Below, piece by piece: positions 1 through 29,735 of a stretch of 64,000 nt of DNA; positions within the stretch are counted from its first letter, which is position 1; each line of letters begins with the position of its first letter. Location: the NCBI RefSeq assembly GCF_016432865.1, contig NC_067401.1:205654001-205718000 (forward strand), given 5' to 3'. A program made the position numbers and the translations under genes. The DNA comes from Antechinus flavipes (Eukaryota). The notes under the pieces are model-generated. The model was given only the letters and a program-made list of their open reading frames with translations, searched no databases and was not told the DNA's origin.

Positions 1-3000
1 TGCTCTCCCATAAATTTGCCCTGGGAATCCACCCAGCCTTCTTAGATTTCTGCTAACGTCAGGAGAATACCAGTGGAGCATTTGAGCTGTCCATTGAGCT
101 ATCCACCTGTCGTTCCCCTTTCTTGTCATGGCACTCAGCCCATTTGTTTCTTTGCTCCTACATTTCCCTGATGACATCTTTTACTCAATTTTTTTTCCAA
201 GTTCTCTTTTGTTAAATGTTGTACATGGCTCACACCCACTGTGCACCTCTCTGTTCCCTTTTGTGTGAAACTCATTTTAAATTCTTTGGATGACTCACAT
301 CTGTACAAAAGCACCAGTAGAATATTGGTATTATTAAGATGGAACTTTGTTTCTGGGGGAAGTTTGAGGTTATTAAAGGATCTCTCATTTACACCATATC
401 TCTTATATGTATATAGCTGTTATCTTGTTCTCTCCCTTTTTTAGAATATGAGTACCTTGAAGAAAGGGACTAGATTTTAGTCTTTGTATTTAGAGCACTT
501 AGTGGAATGCCTGGCACACATGAGCAATTAATAAATGTTTATTGACTAACACTTTTTTTTGAGATATGCCACATGTCCATATAACTGAACTGCATTGTAA
601 ATATTAGTGTTGGGATAGCCAGAGCTATTTTTAAACTTTGACACATCCAGGAGATGATTTGGGCACCATTCCCTTTGTAAGTACAGATTACTACTTCTCT
701 ATGACTTCTCATCTTGTATAATTATTGCTATGTTTTTCTGTAAGTAATAACAATAGTTCGCATTTATAGAAATACCTTAAGGTTTATAAAATACTTTCCC
801 CACAACCACCCTATAAGGTAAAAGAACACAATTATTATTATGCTCATTTCTCAGATGAATAAATTAGCGCAAATACAAAATATACATACTCTTCCAATTC
901 TACATGTATGAATGTAGAAAGATCAACATTGATCTTCTGGCTGTTCCATAAAAAGATACTCCATGTCTCAGTCTCTGGCTGTCCCCCATGCCTCTCTTTT
1001 ACTCTCTAAGGACTGACGTCCCTGATTTCCTTTAAGCCCCACTAAAATCCTACCTTTTTACAGGAAGTCTTCTCTCACCTGTCCTCATTCCAATGTGTTC
1101 TCTTTCTTAATTATTTCCTATTTATCTTGTATATAACTTACTTGTACATAATTGTTTGAATGTTGTCTCCTCCATCATCTTGAAAGCTTCATGAAGGCAG
1201 AAATTGTCTTTTGCCTCTTTTTGTATCTTCAGTAACTGGAACATAGTTGACTTAATAAATGTTTGTTGAATTGAGTTGAATTTGATTTGATATATTGGGA
1301 GGAGGAGGAGTGAAGAGAACAAGCATGTATTAAAAAGTGCTTTGTAAATATTATCTCATTTGAGAATCACAATTCTTCCATGTAATTGCTGTTGTTTTTG
1401 TTGTTGTGGTTTAGGGTGTTAGAACCCAGGAAACATGAACCCAACCTTTCCTGAATGGGCTTCCAGGGCTTCCCTGACATAGCATATTGCCTCTTGTTGA
1501 CCTTCCAAAGATCCACTCCAAGTACTAGATGCATCCCCTGTTTCTTTTACTATTTCATCAGTCCCAGTGCATCAATTAGTGTGCATTTGCTTTCCTTCCC
1601 TTTCTCTACAGGAGCAGCCTACCTCTTTTTCTTATTATATTTATCCTTGTTGATGTCTGGGTACCACTTATGGAAGGCAAATTATTACTAGTAACAAGTT
1701 GCAATACAGTCTATTATTGAGGCAATTGGATAGCTCGGTGGATAAAACTCAGGTCTGGAATGGGAAAGATCTGAATTCAAATTCAGCTTTACGCAATTAT
1801 TAGCTGTGATCCTGGAAAAGTAATCTCTGTTTTAACCTTGGAGCAACTAGAAAGCTCAGTGGATAAAGTGCTGGGTTTGGAGTGAGAAAAGATTGGATTC
1901 AAATCCAGGTTCAGACATTCACTAACTGTGTGACCTATTAAATGACACAAGTCACTTTACCTTTCTTGGTCTAAATCCACTGGAGAAAGAAATGATAAAC
2001 AACAACAAAACAACAGGCTGCAAGCTGCTCACACTGATTATAGCATCAAGGGATGCTATATATAGGGATGAGAGGGGAAGGATTTTATGGCAGGATTTAG
2101 GGTAACTAGAATATAATAGGAGTATATGTACATTTTATAAGTACCTGTTCTGTAGAGCAACCATTAGCCAAATAGATAGAATTGCTATCTATAGATGGAT
2201 GTCTTGTTATCTCTCAATTGCGTATGTTTCACTAAACCCAGATAATTCCCCACCCCCCATTTCTATCCCCAAACCCCCATCCACATTCTCCCACAAGGTA
2301 GCCTGTACATATGCTTGGACATAGGGAAGAGATAGTGGAAGAAAGCTGACTTAAGAAGAACAATGGCACATTAAGTCCCCCTTACTCCACAATTCCTATC
2401 CCTCTATCTTAGCAGCAGCTTCTCTGTCACATTCCCCTTGGGGAATCAGAGAAGGCAGAAGCATGAAGGAGGGGGCAGATGCTTCAAGAACAGATACTGA
2501 GCTGTCATCCTATTTCTCACTTGTGCCTCTAGAGAGACTCCTTCCTTGCCTCCACCCCCAACACGACAGAACATTGAAATTCTCAGGGAACACTAGGCTC
2601 CCAGGTATTAACAATGCGTCTCCACTCAAATTGTATACATTGGATAGAAAGCCTCTTGTTCAGAGTGGGCATTCAAAAAGTAACTGATTAACTGAGAGGA
2701 TCTATGATTCATCAGAGATAAGTTAGTTTCTTTACCTTTTCCCCTCTTTGATAAGAACTGTAGACTCACTGATCTAGGAACTTAAAGGTCATTTAATCTA
2801 ATGTCTTCATTTTTCAGACAGGGAAATCGAGGCCTTAGAAAGCTGACATAAGGTCACAAGGTAGTATTGTGACTTTTGTGACCCCATTTGGGGTTTTCTT
2901 GGCAAAGGTACTGAAATAGTTTGCCATTTCCTTCTCCAGTTCATTTTAGAGATGAAGAGACAGAAGCACAGTTAAGTGTTAAAGATTAATAGTTAAGGTT

Positions 3001-3621
3001 AAGTGACTTGCCCAGGGTCTCACAGCTAGTAAGTGTCTGAGGCCAGATTTGAATTCAGGAAAATGAGTCTTCCTGATTCTATCCACTTGACCATCTAGCT
3101 CCCCTTCATACTGTATGTATGGGCAGCCTGTATAATAAAAATAAGCAGCCATTATTACCTTCAAAGGAAAAAATGATATAGTATGCTGCTGTAGAGATGA
3201 ATGTGCAGCAAGGACAGGCTCAAAAATGTGTCACATAGTAAGACTCTCCTGCCAAGACAATGTGATATTGTTGAAAACTAATATTTCTGACCCCTGTCAG
3301 CTTGATTCTTTCCTTTTGCTCTTCTCCATTTCCATGACCCGGTGCCAAGGACTATTTTAGGAATCTGATTTCATTCAAGCTTGATGTCCCCCTCAAAGAC
3401 TGAAATCAGCTGTGATTAGCAGTATGTTACCCTGATTGAAAGGCTTTGCCTTCTTTCAATAATATTAACAGTTTGTGCTTATATAGATCTTTATAAATAG
3501 GTATACCTGGAAAAGTAGATGGAAAAATAGGCCATATAGCAAGAATGAGGAATAACATATGGGCAATACTGCAATGTTTATCTCAGAAAATTAGAGACAG
3601 AAGTGGATAGGCAGATAGACA

Positions 3622-3623
<2 letters not shown>

Positions 3624-3659
<36 letters not shown>
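3624..3659. repeat. (CA)n microsatellite
   Basis: Pure CA run. Others: (CA)n ~6673-6724, (TG)n ~15543-15591, (TC)n ~30700-30732, (TG)n ~51729-51760. Confidence 0.95.
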
Positions 3660-3661
<2 letters not shown>

Positions 3662-3854
3662 TCAACAGAGACAGAGAGAGTAACAGAAAAAGAAGATGCC
3701 AGCATGTTGGATAAATTCTCTGGGAATGATAGCTATAGACAAATATCACATGGAATGAGGTTTGGCTAGATTATTGAATTGTATCCTTGGAAAGAATACC
3801 TGTGTCTATCATATATCCATTTAAGAATTTATAGTTTACCTGGGAAAACATTTT

Positions 3855-4905
3855 TACATTCAAAAGTTCTGACAAAGGCCTCATTTCCAAAAGATTTAGA
3901 AAATTGACTCAAATTTATAAGAAATCAAGCCATTCTCCAATTGATAAATGGTCAAAGTATATGAACAGATAATTATCAGATGAAGAAATTGAAACTATTT
4001 CTAGCCATATGAAAAGGTGCTCTAAATCACTATTGATCAGAGAAATTCAAATTAAGACAACTCTGAGATACCACTACACACCTGTCAGATTGGCTAAGAT
4101 GACAGGAAAAGATGATGATGAATGTTGAAGGGGATGTGGGAAAACACTGATACATTGTTGGTGGAATTGTGACTACATCTAGCCATTCTGGAGACAATTT
4201 GGAACTTTGCTCAAAAAGTTATCAAATTGTGCATAACCTTTGACCCAGCAGTGTTACTAAGAATGTTTGTGGCAGCCCTTTTTGTAGTGGAAATTGAAGG
4301 GTTGCCCATCAGTTGGAGAATGGCTGAACAAATTATGGTATATGAATGCTATGAGATATTATTGTTCTGTAAGGAATGACCAGCAGGATGATTTTAGAGA
4401 GGCTTGGAGAGACTTACATGAACTGATGCTAAGTGAAATGAGCAGGACTAGGAGACCATTATACACTTCAACAACAATACTATATGATGATCAATTCTCA
4501 TGGACGTAGCTCTCTTCAATTATGAGACGATTCAAACCAGTTCCAATTGTCCACGATGAAGAGAGCCACATACATCCAGAGAGAGGAATGTGGGAATTGA
4601 GTGTGGACCACAACATAGCATTTTCACTCATTCTGTTATTGTTTGCTTGCATTTTTGTTTTTCTTCTCAGGTTTTGTTCTTTCTTTCTAGATTCAATTTT
4701 TCTTCTGCAGCAAGATAACTGTATAAATATGTATACATGTATTGGATTTAACATATAATTTAACATATTTAACATGTATGGGACTACCTGCCATCTAAGG
4801 GAGAAGGTGGAGGGGAAAGGAAAGGAAAATTTGGAACAAAAGGTTTTGCAAGGGTCAATGTTGAAAAAATTACCCATACATATGTTTTATAAATAAAAAG
4901 ATATA
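3855..4905 (+). mobile_element. 5'-truncated marsupial LINE-1 (ORF2 3' end and 3' UTR)
   Basis: Degenerate ORF2 C-terminal peptides (e.g. GCPSVGEWLNKLWYMN...DDFREAWRDLHELMLSE) followed by an L1 3' UTR with G-rich tract and AATAAA. Confidence 0.9.
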
Positions 4906-6436
4906 ATATTATCTCATGTGATTCACACAACACCTTATGAGATGGTCAATAATCACTTATTGACTGGCCTCTTTGCTGTTTCTCACAGATGACACTTTCA
5001 TCTTCTAACTCCATCCATTTTCACTGGCTTATAGTCAACAAGCATTTTAAAAAACCTACTATGTTCTAGGCCCCATGCTAAGTGATGGGGACACAAAGAA
5101 AAGTTTTTTTAAATGGCCCTTGTTCTCTAGGAGTTCACAATCAAATGGAGATGTAAGAACGATATGTGCAAACCAAATTGGAGATAATCCAATAGGGAGG
5201 GCACTAACATTTAGGGGGATTTGTGCAGAAGGTGGGGCTGAAACTTGAAGGAAGCCAGGAAATGAAAATTCCAGAGAATTCCAGGCCCCAGGAAGAGCCA
5301 GTTAAAAGGCCCCACGGAGAGGATATGGGATGTCTACAGTGAAGAACAAGACCTGAATCATCCTATCATTGAGTATGTGGAGGGGAGTGTAATGTGTAAC
5401 CAGACTGAAAAGGCAGAAAAAGGCCAGGTTTATGAGGGCACTGAAAGCCAGATAGAGGAACGTTTGATCCTGTCGGCATTGGGGAGCTGCATGAATTTGT
5501 TGGGGAAGGTGGGATGTGACATGGTTGGACCTGTGCGATTTTTAGGAAGATCATTTTGACATCTCAGTGAAAAAGGAACTGGGCCATGGAGAACAAAAGA
5601 ATTTTGCCAGAGTACAGGCAGGAAGTGTTGGAGGTTGCAATGTGGGAGTAGAGAAGGACGCATATGAGAGAAGGCTTTCTAAAGCAGAATGGCAATGGCT
5701 GGCTTGGGAGTATTGAGGGTCATACTTAAGTTGCAAATCTGGGTAAATCACTGATGATGGATCAAGGCATTACAAGTTTTATTTTTCCCATTTTGTAGAT
5801 GAAGCAACCATGGCTCAGAGAGGGAAATGACTTGTCCAAAGTCACAAGGCACCAGCACACAGAGAATGGATCACGCCTGGCACTCAAATCCAAGTCTTTG
5901 CGCCACGTAGTCCTTCGTCGAAACGTCCCTCCCAAAGCAGGAAAGGAGAAATGGGGTCACCATGGACACCGGAGTGTGGAAGATTCTAAAAAGGGGGTAA
6001 AGCTGGGTTCACTGGCCGCAGGGGCCCAACTCAGAGAGTAGCCCGCGCAAAGCCAAGCTTTGATTTCCTTCTTACCTCCGCCTCCCATTCCAAGATCCAC
6101 CCCCTTTGGGGGCGGGATCTCCCGTTTCAACCAATCCTAGGAACGAACTCTGGCGGTTTGTACTCTTCCCTTCCAATAAGGAAAAAAAAAGAGCCCCTTT
6201 GGCTGCAAAGGCCAATCACGGCAGGGGAAATACGGTTGTTAGGCAGGTTTGGGGGAGCTGGGGCCAATGGCAGGCGCGGGCACGGCTCGGCCGGGGCTCA
6301 AAGCGCAGGCAGCGGCGGCGGTGGCAGCGGCGGCGGCGGCAGCAGCGGCGGTGGCAAGAGGCCGGAGCGGGCCCATCGCAGCAGAGCGGAGCCGGAGCGA
6401 GACCCCGGGGGCCGGGCCGAGTCAGGCCAGGCCGAG

Positions 6437-23629
<17,193 letters not shown>

Positions 23630-24620
23630 CTTACCTCCTCTCTCTCACCCAGGGCCACTGCCCAATCACCCCTGGGACACTGCTCTGGCCCTTCAGCCCT
23701 GCCCCCCAGCTGACCTGGGGGTAGGATGGGGGCGGGGGCACCAGCTCCCTAAAAAACAGAATACTTGGGTCAAAGACTCTCACTGTGGCTTGGCCTCCCT
23801 GTGACTAGTGTAGACATGCCCTGGAGATGCTCATTGTTCATAGCTGGGATGCCCCCTGCGCTGACTCCCATTCTCCAACCTCCCAGGTGTTTGGGGCCAA
23901 CTCTGAAAAATCTCTTTAAACACTCCTCCCTCCCACTCTTTCTCATCTTCACTTGAGTTGAAGATCTCTACTGTATATCCCTTTCTCAAAGGGATCTGGA
24001 AAGATCAGCAAATAGCTACAGACTCAAAGTTGCTTTTATCCCCCCTACCTCCCCTCCCCCATTGTGGGTCAGGACAGATGGTCTCCTTGTTGTGAGGGCT
24101 GAGGCAGAGCAGGTGAAGAAAGGCTGGTCCCTAAGCACCAGACTCACAGATGACTCTGCACATCCCCCAAAGGGGATTGGGGGTAGAATCACTGAGGCTC
24201 TCTAATGTATATGCCCTGTGACCTTGCCTGACCCAGATCAGACTGGGGGTAGGAAGAGAACCCACATAGAGATGTACTGTGTGAAGCCTCACAGGGACCA
24301 AAGGGTGGGAGGGGAGGAATGTATAAGGAGACACTACCACCTTTTAGTCCTCCTCCTTTCTCTTAAGCAGCAGTCCAGGGATCACAAACACTAAAAGGGA
24401 CCACCCTCGGCCTGCTTGAATCCCTGTCCTGCAAAGCCCCAGAAATGGGGTGAGAGAAAAGGGTAGCACCTTAAGGTTCTTCCCCAGCTTCAGTTGTCCC
24501 AACATCTATTTATTTCTTTGTACCCAAGGCCAGACCCTTACCTGCCTCACATTGGCACCACTGGGGGATTGGGGTGCTGGGGCACAGATGGCGCCGCTGT
24601 TGGCTGTGTACATAGGGTGC

Positions 24621-24626
24621 TTTATT
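24621..24626 (-). terminator. Probable MEA1 polyadenylation signal (AATAAA on minus); second candidate at 24509-24514
   Basis: TTTATT on the plus strand about 230 nt past the MEA1 stop. Confidence 0.65.
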
Positions 24627-24692
24627 CTCTGCAAAGTGTTACATGCTAAGGTGGGTTGGGCTTGGGCAGATGTCCCCATATGTACAGAATTG

Positions 24693-24698
24693 AATAAA
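24693..24698 (+). terminator. Probable PPP2R5D polyadenylation signal (AATAAA)
   Basis: First AATAAA I found downstream of the stop at 23629; UGUA (24681) just upstream; GU-rich sequence downstream. Confidence 0.7.
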
Positions 24699-24852
24699 GT
24701 GGATCTCTGGAGAGAAGTCCGAGTTTGCCTGTAATGTGGAAGGGAGTAAGAGGAACAAATAATTTGGGACCAGGAATTTATCCAGTTGTGTATCAAGGTG
24801 GTACCAGGTCTGGAGTTGGGGGAAAAGGAAATGGGATTGTTCTCAGTGGTAG

Positions 24853-25711
24853 TCACTTCCATGTAGAGGTTGCCTGTCGAGCCTGCAGAGTCTTCTGTAC
24901 CACATCCTCCCACTGGGCATCTGAAATCTCCTGGGCCCAAGCAGGGACTCCTGGGGCAGGCAAACTTACTCCAGCCATTGTCCGTTTCACCAGCTCCACA
25001 TGTTCTGAAACCATACCCAAGTTTCAGTTAGGGAACAAATAAAACTGGCCTATTGACACCTTGCTGGGAGGGGTGGGACAGTTCTGAGGCCTCAGACTAC
25101 CGAAGTTCCCCAAAATTGAACCACCCCACAGAACAACTGACTCCTTTTGGTTTCAGGGGTCATTACTGCTAATGATAGTTCCTGATTTACTTAGGATTAA
25201 GTTCTACTCCTAATTTTGGAACAATTTAGAAATTGTCATTACCTGGATCCATGGGTATGGAGCTTCTGCTGCTCAGTGCTACAGCTCCTTCCTCTTCCTC
25301 GTCTTCACTCTCTACAGGAGGGTCAGGTAGGTGCAACCCCAGGGCCTTTAAAGCAGAAAGAATGGGATTGTAAACTGGTTCTTATGGCCCCCAGCTGCAC
25401 ATCCTTCCCCAATCAGCCCAGAACTACCATAAACACCACACCTGGATACGTTCCTGAATGTCAGTGACCGCATCTTCAATACCTTCCACTGGTGCCAGTT
25501 CTACTTCTTCTTGCTCAGGGTCCTGATTCAGAGGCTGGTAGGAATAGTCTGTCGGGCCTGACCCCAAGTCTTCAGGCTCTTCCTCAGGTTCTTCACTGCT
25601 CCAGTCACCTGTGCCATCTGTGGGGCCCTGGTGCTGCCCCAGATCTTCATTCTGGTTTGGGAAGATCCGCTCAGGACCCATCTTATCTTCCCCCAGAACC
25701 ACTGCTGCCAT
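24853..25711 (-). CDS. MEA1: Male-enhanced antigen 1, 3 coding exons, 174 aa
   Basis: Exons 25711-25442, 25345-25243, 25004-24853. Translation [20 protein letters not shown]...YSYQPLNQD...[10 protein letters not shown]...[22 protein letters not shown]...[12 protein letters not shown]...WK* matches MEA1. Acceptor at 25723/25724 upstream of the ATG. Confidence 0.96.
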
Positions 25712-26057
25712 GCAGGCCCGGACTGGGGGGAGGGGGGTGGGAGACAGGGAGAAAGAGGTTTGGACCAGTTAGGCCCATTTCTAGCTTCTCCCTCAGATCT
25801 TAAAAACAAGTCGACATCAACCCCTTTCCCCTAATTTCATTCTCAGCACAGCTTTCCCTCACCCTCCTTTGGGGCTCTGACACTCCCCATCCTTCTGAAA
25901 TGATTCCTCACCAATATGCCCCTAGTCCTCCCCTCCACACGTCAGCTGCCAAACGAGGTTTGGCTTCTCCGGAGATTTCTCAAATCTCTCCGCAACAGGA
26001 GTCTCTATCCCCCTCTGCCCCTCCCCTTAGGTCTCAGCTGTGTCCTCCTAGGGATGA

Positions 26058-26480
26058 TTGGCCTCCCACTGCAGGTGCTCCCTCTTCTGGTTCCCCCCCC
26101 CCCATATGATGTCCTCCCCACTACAAGGGCTCCCTTCTCTGGTCCCCCCAATATGGTGTCCTCTCCACTCCTGGTGCTCCCTTCTCTATTTTCCCCATAT
26201 GGCGTCCTCCCCACTCCAGAGGTTCCCTACTCTGATTTGCCCCTTATGTGGTATTCTCCCCACTCCAAGAGCTCCCACCTCTGTTTCCCCCAATATGGTG
26301 TCCTCTCCACTCCAAGAGCTCCTTCCTCTGGTCCCCCAATATGGTGTCTCTTCCACTCCAGGAGCTACCTCCTCTGGTCCCCTCCTTAAGTGTGTCCTCC
26401 CCGCTCCAGGGGCTCCCTCCTCTTGTTTCCCCCTTATGTGGTGTTCTCTCGACTACAGGAACTCCTTCTTCAGGCTCTAT
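26058..26480. repeat. Degenerate ~46-47 bp tandem repeat (about 9 copies) in MEA1 intron 1
   Basis: Recurring unit ~CCCCAATATGGTGTCCTCTCCACTCCAGGAGCTCCCTCCTCTGGT with anchors at about 26104, 26151, 26197, 26244, 26293, 26339, 26386, 26434. Confidence 0.8.
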
Positions 26481-26703
26481 CTGGTTTTCTCTCCCCTCTT
26501 CTTGTTTCCCCTCATATTGTTTCCTCTTCTTTCTAGGGGCTCCCTTCCTCTGACTCCCCCACGGGGATCTCCTCACCCCTCTCTGGGAGCTTCCATCTTC
26601 TGGGTTCCACATACGGGAATCTCTCCTCACCCTACTCCTCGGCCCCATCTGCAGAATCCCACCCCCCACCCCTCGGGTTCCCCCACTACTGAAAGAACTT
26701 CAC

Positions 26704-26770
26704 CTGCTCCGAGCCCGCGGCCGAACCCGCACTCCGACTTCCGGGGACGGAATTGTGGGATCGAATTACA
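26704..26770 (-). other. MEA1: Probable non-coding exon 1 of MEA1
   Basis: Donor CAG|GTGAAG at 26704/26703 in a CpG-rich segment with an ETS motif and no ATG. The 5' boundary is a guess. Confidence 0.55.
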
Positions 26771-27150
26771 CGTTCCTTCAGCTCCACCCACTTCTGGTTC
26801 CCACTCCTAATTGCTCTAATGATTGACGTGGCCTGGACGTCCTACCTGCTTTTGGTATTGAGAATGCAGGACTACATTACTCAGATGTTTCTAGATCATC
26901 TTCATGTATATAGCCGCAAGAAATACTGTTTCCTTTCCTCTCGCCTCTTTTCACGCTACGGACTACATCTCCCATGAGGTTTAGGAAGCGTTGCTTGGAA
27001 GTGCGCATGCGCAACCCATTGCCTGACCGGAACTGGAGAGCTCACTTGTGTTTGTCTTGTTGGGACCGGCCCGTCGGTTAGAGCGGAACCGGATTCAGCC
27101 TGCTGGGAGCTCGCGGACCTGCGGGCCCCGCCCCGGCCCGGCCTGGCAGG
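26730..27150. promoter_or_regulatory. Bidirectional MEA1/KLHDC3 CpG promoter
   Basis: ETS CCGGAAGT (minus, 26737-26744); TGACGTGG (26824-26831); ZNF143-type ACTACATCTCCCA (26962-26974); NRF1 palindrome TGCGCATGCGCA (27002-27013); CCGGAA (27027-27032). KLHDC3 exon-1 donor CAG|GTACCA at 27149/27150. Confidence 0.8.
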
Positions 27151-29735
27151 TACCAGGGAGCGGGGCCTGATGGGAGGAGGGTAGGGCAGAATTGGGAGGG
27201 ATCAGGACGTTGGAAGGGGGGAGGGGCATTGAGTGAGGGGATAAAGTGGAGGAGGGGCAGGGAGGGGTCACTGAGGTGGGGAGGGAGGGGGCCCTAAGGT
27301 CGGGGGAGGAGAGATTGGATTGGTTTGGAAGGGAGTATTGTGAGACTAGAAAAGGCCAAGAGTGCGCTTGGAGGGATGGAGGGGGGAAGGGAGACAGTCT
27401 GGAAGGAAGGGAGGACAGGGCCGAGTGGAAGGAGGGAGATCCTGAGGATTGTCGTAGAAGGGTCTAGGTAAGTGCATGAGGGCCGTAGAGAGGGCCAGGA
27501 GGTCCCTCAGGCTTGGAAGAAGCCTCCGTCTCCGTGAGTTTGGGTTGTCCTTGTGGAGAACAGCCTGTGTTTTCCTTTTCCTCTGGTGATCGACATGAGT
27601 TGGTTTTTTTTTTTTTGTTTTTTTTGTTGTTTTTTTTTTTAAGTCCTTTTGTCTTCCGTGAGGATCGTGAAGGGACGGGAGTAATAGTGATGAATAAAGG
27701 TCGTTTTCTCTTGGATTCAACAGCTTCTTTCTGTTGCAGAGATAGGGAATCCATATTTGGGGGAGGAATGTTGCTCTTCGGGCTTGTCGCGTATTAAGGC
27801 CTGAAGAGATTTGACCCTTGGCAGGTTGGGGGGGGGAGTATTGTTCCTCCCCCAGGCTTACGTGTGCCCAAGCTCTGGAGCAAGCTTGTCCCTTCCATTA
27901 GGTCTCCTTGGGCAAGGAAGGGATGATGTGCTTGAACCCAGCTCGCTCTCTTTGGAGATTGCAGTGCCACCTGGTGGGTGACCTTTCTTTTTGTCACTGC
28001 GTTCTGGGCAGTTCCTGATGCCTGGAAGGTTTCCGGAGCTGGTGGGTGGGGAGATTTTTTATTTATTTTTGTTTAGATCCAGATTCTGATTTTTATCAGT
28101 CGGAAACTCAGAATAACCGATTCTCAGAGTTGGAAAGGATCTCTGAAGTCATCTAGCTCAATATGTACTTGAATAAGAATTCTCTCTACATGGAATTGTC
28201 AGAATGACTAATCCTTTTACTGCTGCATATACAAATTTGTCTGCAGTTTATATAATATGAAATTTGCTTAGGACACTGAAGGGTTAAATGATTTGCCCAT
28301 ATGTTATATAATGTGATCATAGATTTAGAGGGAGAAGGGATCTTAGAGGTGGTGTAGTTTCTCCCTTCTTCATTTTTCAGATGAGAAAACTAAGGGGCTT
28401 GCCCTTGGTCAGACAGATAGTAAGTAAAATTGGAATGTAATCAAATATAATTTAACAAAATGACATTTAATTTTTTCAAGTCGGTGTTCTTACCAAACCA
28501 TGATACCTTCTATAGTACAGTTTTAAGACTATGTGCGTCTCAAAGGCATTGTCTAAATGCAGATCCTGCTGACTCAAAGGCATATTATATCAGTTGTTTT
28601 CTCATACAAACATAAATTGTTATCATTACCATCTCCTAGTTGGTGCTTAATAGAGGCTTATTGAATTACCTGCTTGCTTTATTTGGTAGCATTTCTGAAG
28701 GACTTCAGTGTCTGTGACCAGGTCTAATTCTTAACCACCCAAAGGCTATCTTTGCTTTTCCTATTTACCAGACTCCCTCAAGGGCCCGGTTGGGGGAGGG
28801 GTAATAGCAGTTATTTTCTGCCCCTCGGACAACATGGCTTGGCAAAAGCCTGTCCCTACCCATACTCTTGACAAGCTTGAGTTCCTGGTCCTGGCCAGGT
28901 TCCACATTCATCTGTCAGGGGAACTCCTTGTGCCCATGGGGAGTCCCAGGTAGCTCCAATTACAGAACTTGGTGGGAGCTGCCTATTATCGCCAAGCTGC
29001 CCCTAGTTATACTGGAGTTTCCTGAGTCTGGGCACATTGTGTCCTCTCTAAGGTACAACCAGGACAAGGACCCTGGAGAAGGAGATGGGTGCCTTACCCA
29101 TTCCAAGGACCTGAAGCTTTTTTTCCTGGAAGCACCTATGCCAGACTGTAGCGGTTGTCTAGGCTGGCTAGGTTATTAATAGTTCCTGGGTATTTCAGTG
29201 TCCCTCTCCCCACTTTAGAGTGCCCAGAATCCTTAAGACCTTTTGGCACTTAAGAAGCTTGGTAACAGAGGCAACAGGATCTGTTTCTTATCTCTGCAGT
29301 TCCTAGCTGAGGAGTGTACTGAATCATTCTAGGAGCTTTTCCCCATCTGGGGACAGTATCTGGACCCCCTGGATCCCTGGAGTCCTTAGATGTTGCGTCT
29401 TTGGTCAGTGTATCCTATACCAAGGAAGAATTAGGTCAGGGTTGCCTCAGGCTGTTGGGGAATGGAGTTAGGATCAACTCTGACCTCAGTAGCTCCCCTG
29501 AGGTGGGGGTAGTCACCTGGACTATGACTGATCTTTTCAAAGAAGGATGATGTGGGAGGGGTGCTAGAATGATAATTGTAAGACAGAGGTAGTCAAAGCA
29601 TTCTGAATTGGGCTTAGCTCTGGGGACAGAGGTTTTGTCTAAAGGCCTTTTACTTGTATTTGCACACGTAGCAGAGACAGCGGGGCAGGCTGGCCGTGCT
29701 GTGCGGGCATGTGTCGGTAGCCACATCAGAGGGGA

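Noticed and set aside
4294-4877. Short ORFs here and at 12205-12447, 42724-43406, 59390-60266 as genes
   Set aside because: Broken L1 ORF2/3' UTR translations.
1-6100. PEX6 exon 1 (head-to-head neighbour of PPP2R5D in human)
   Set aside because: No GC-rich ~880-nt coding exon or second CpG island here, only repeats; it presumably lies outside the window.
26058-26810. 250-aa Pro/Ser-rich ORF on plus (and overlapping ORFs)
   Set aside because: Product of the degenerate C-rich tandem repeat; low complexity, no recognisable family, antisense within the MEA1 intron.
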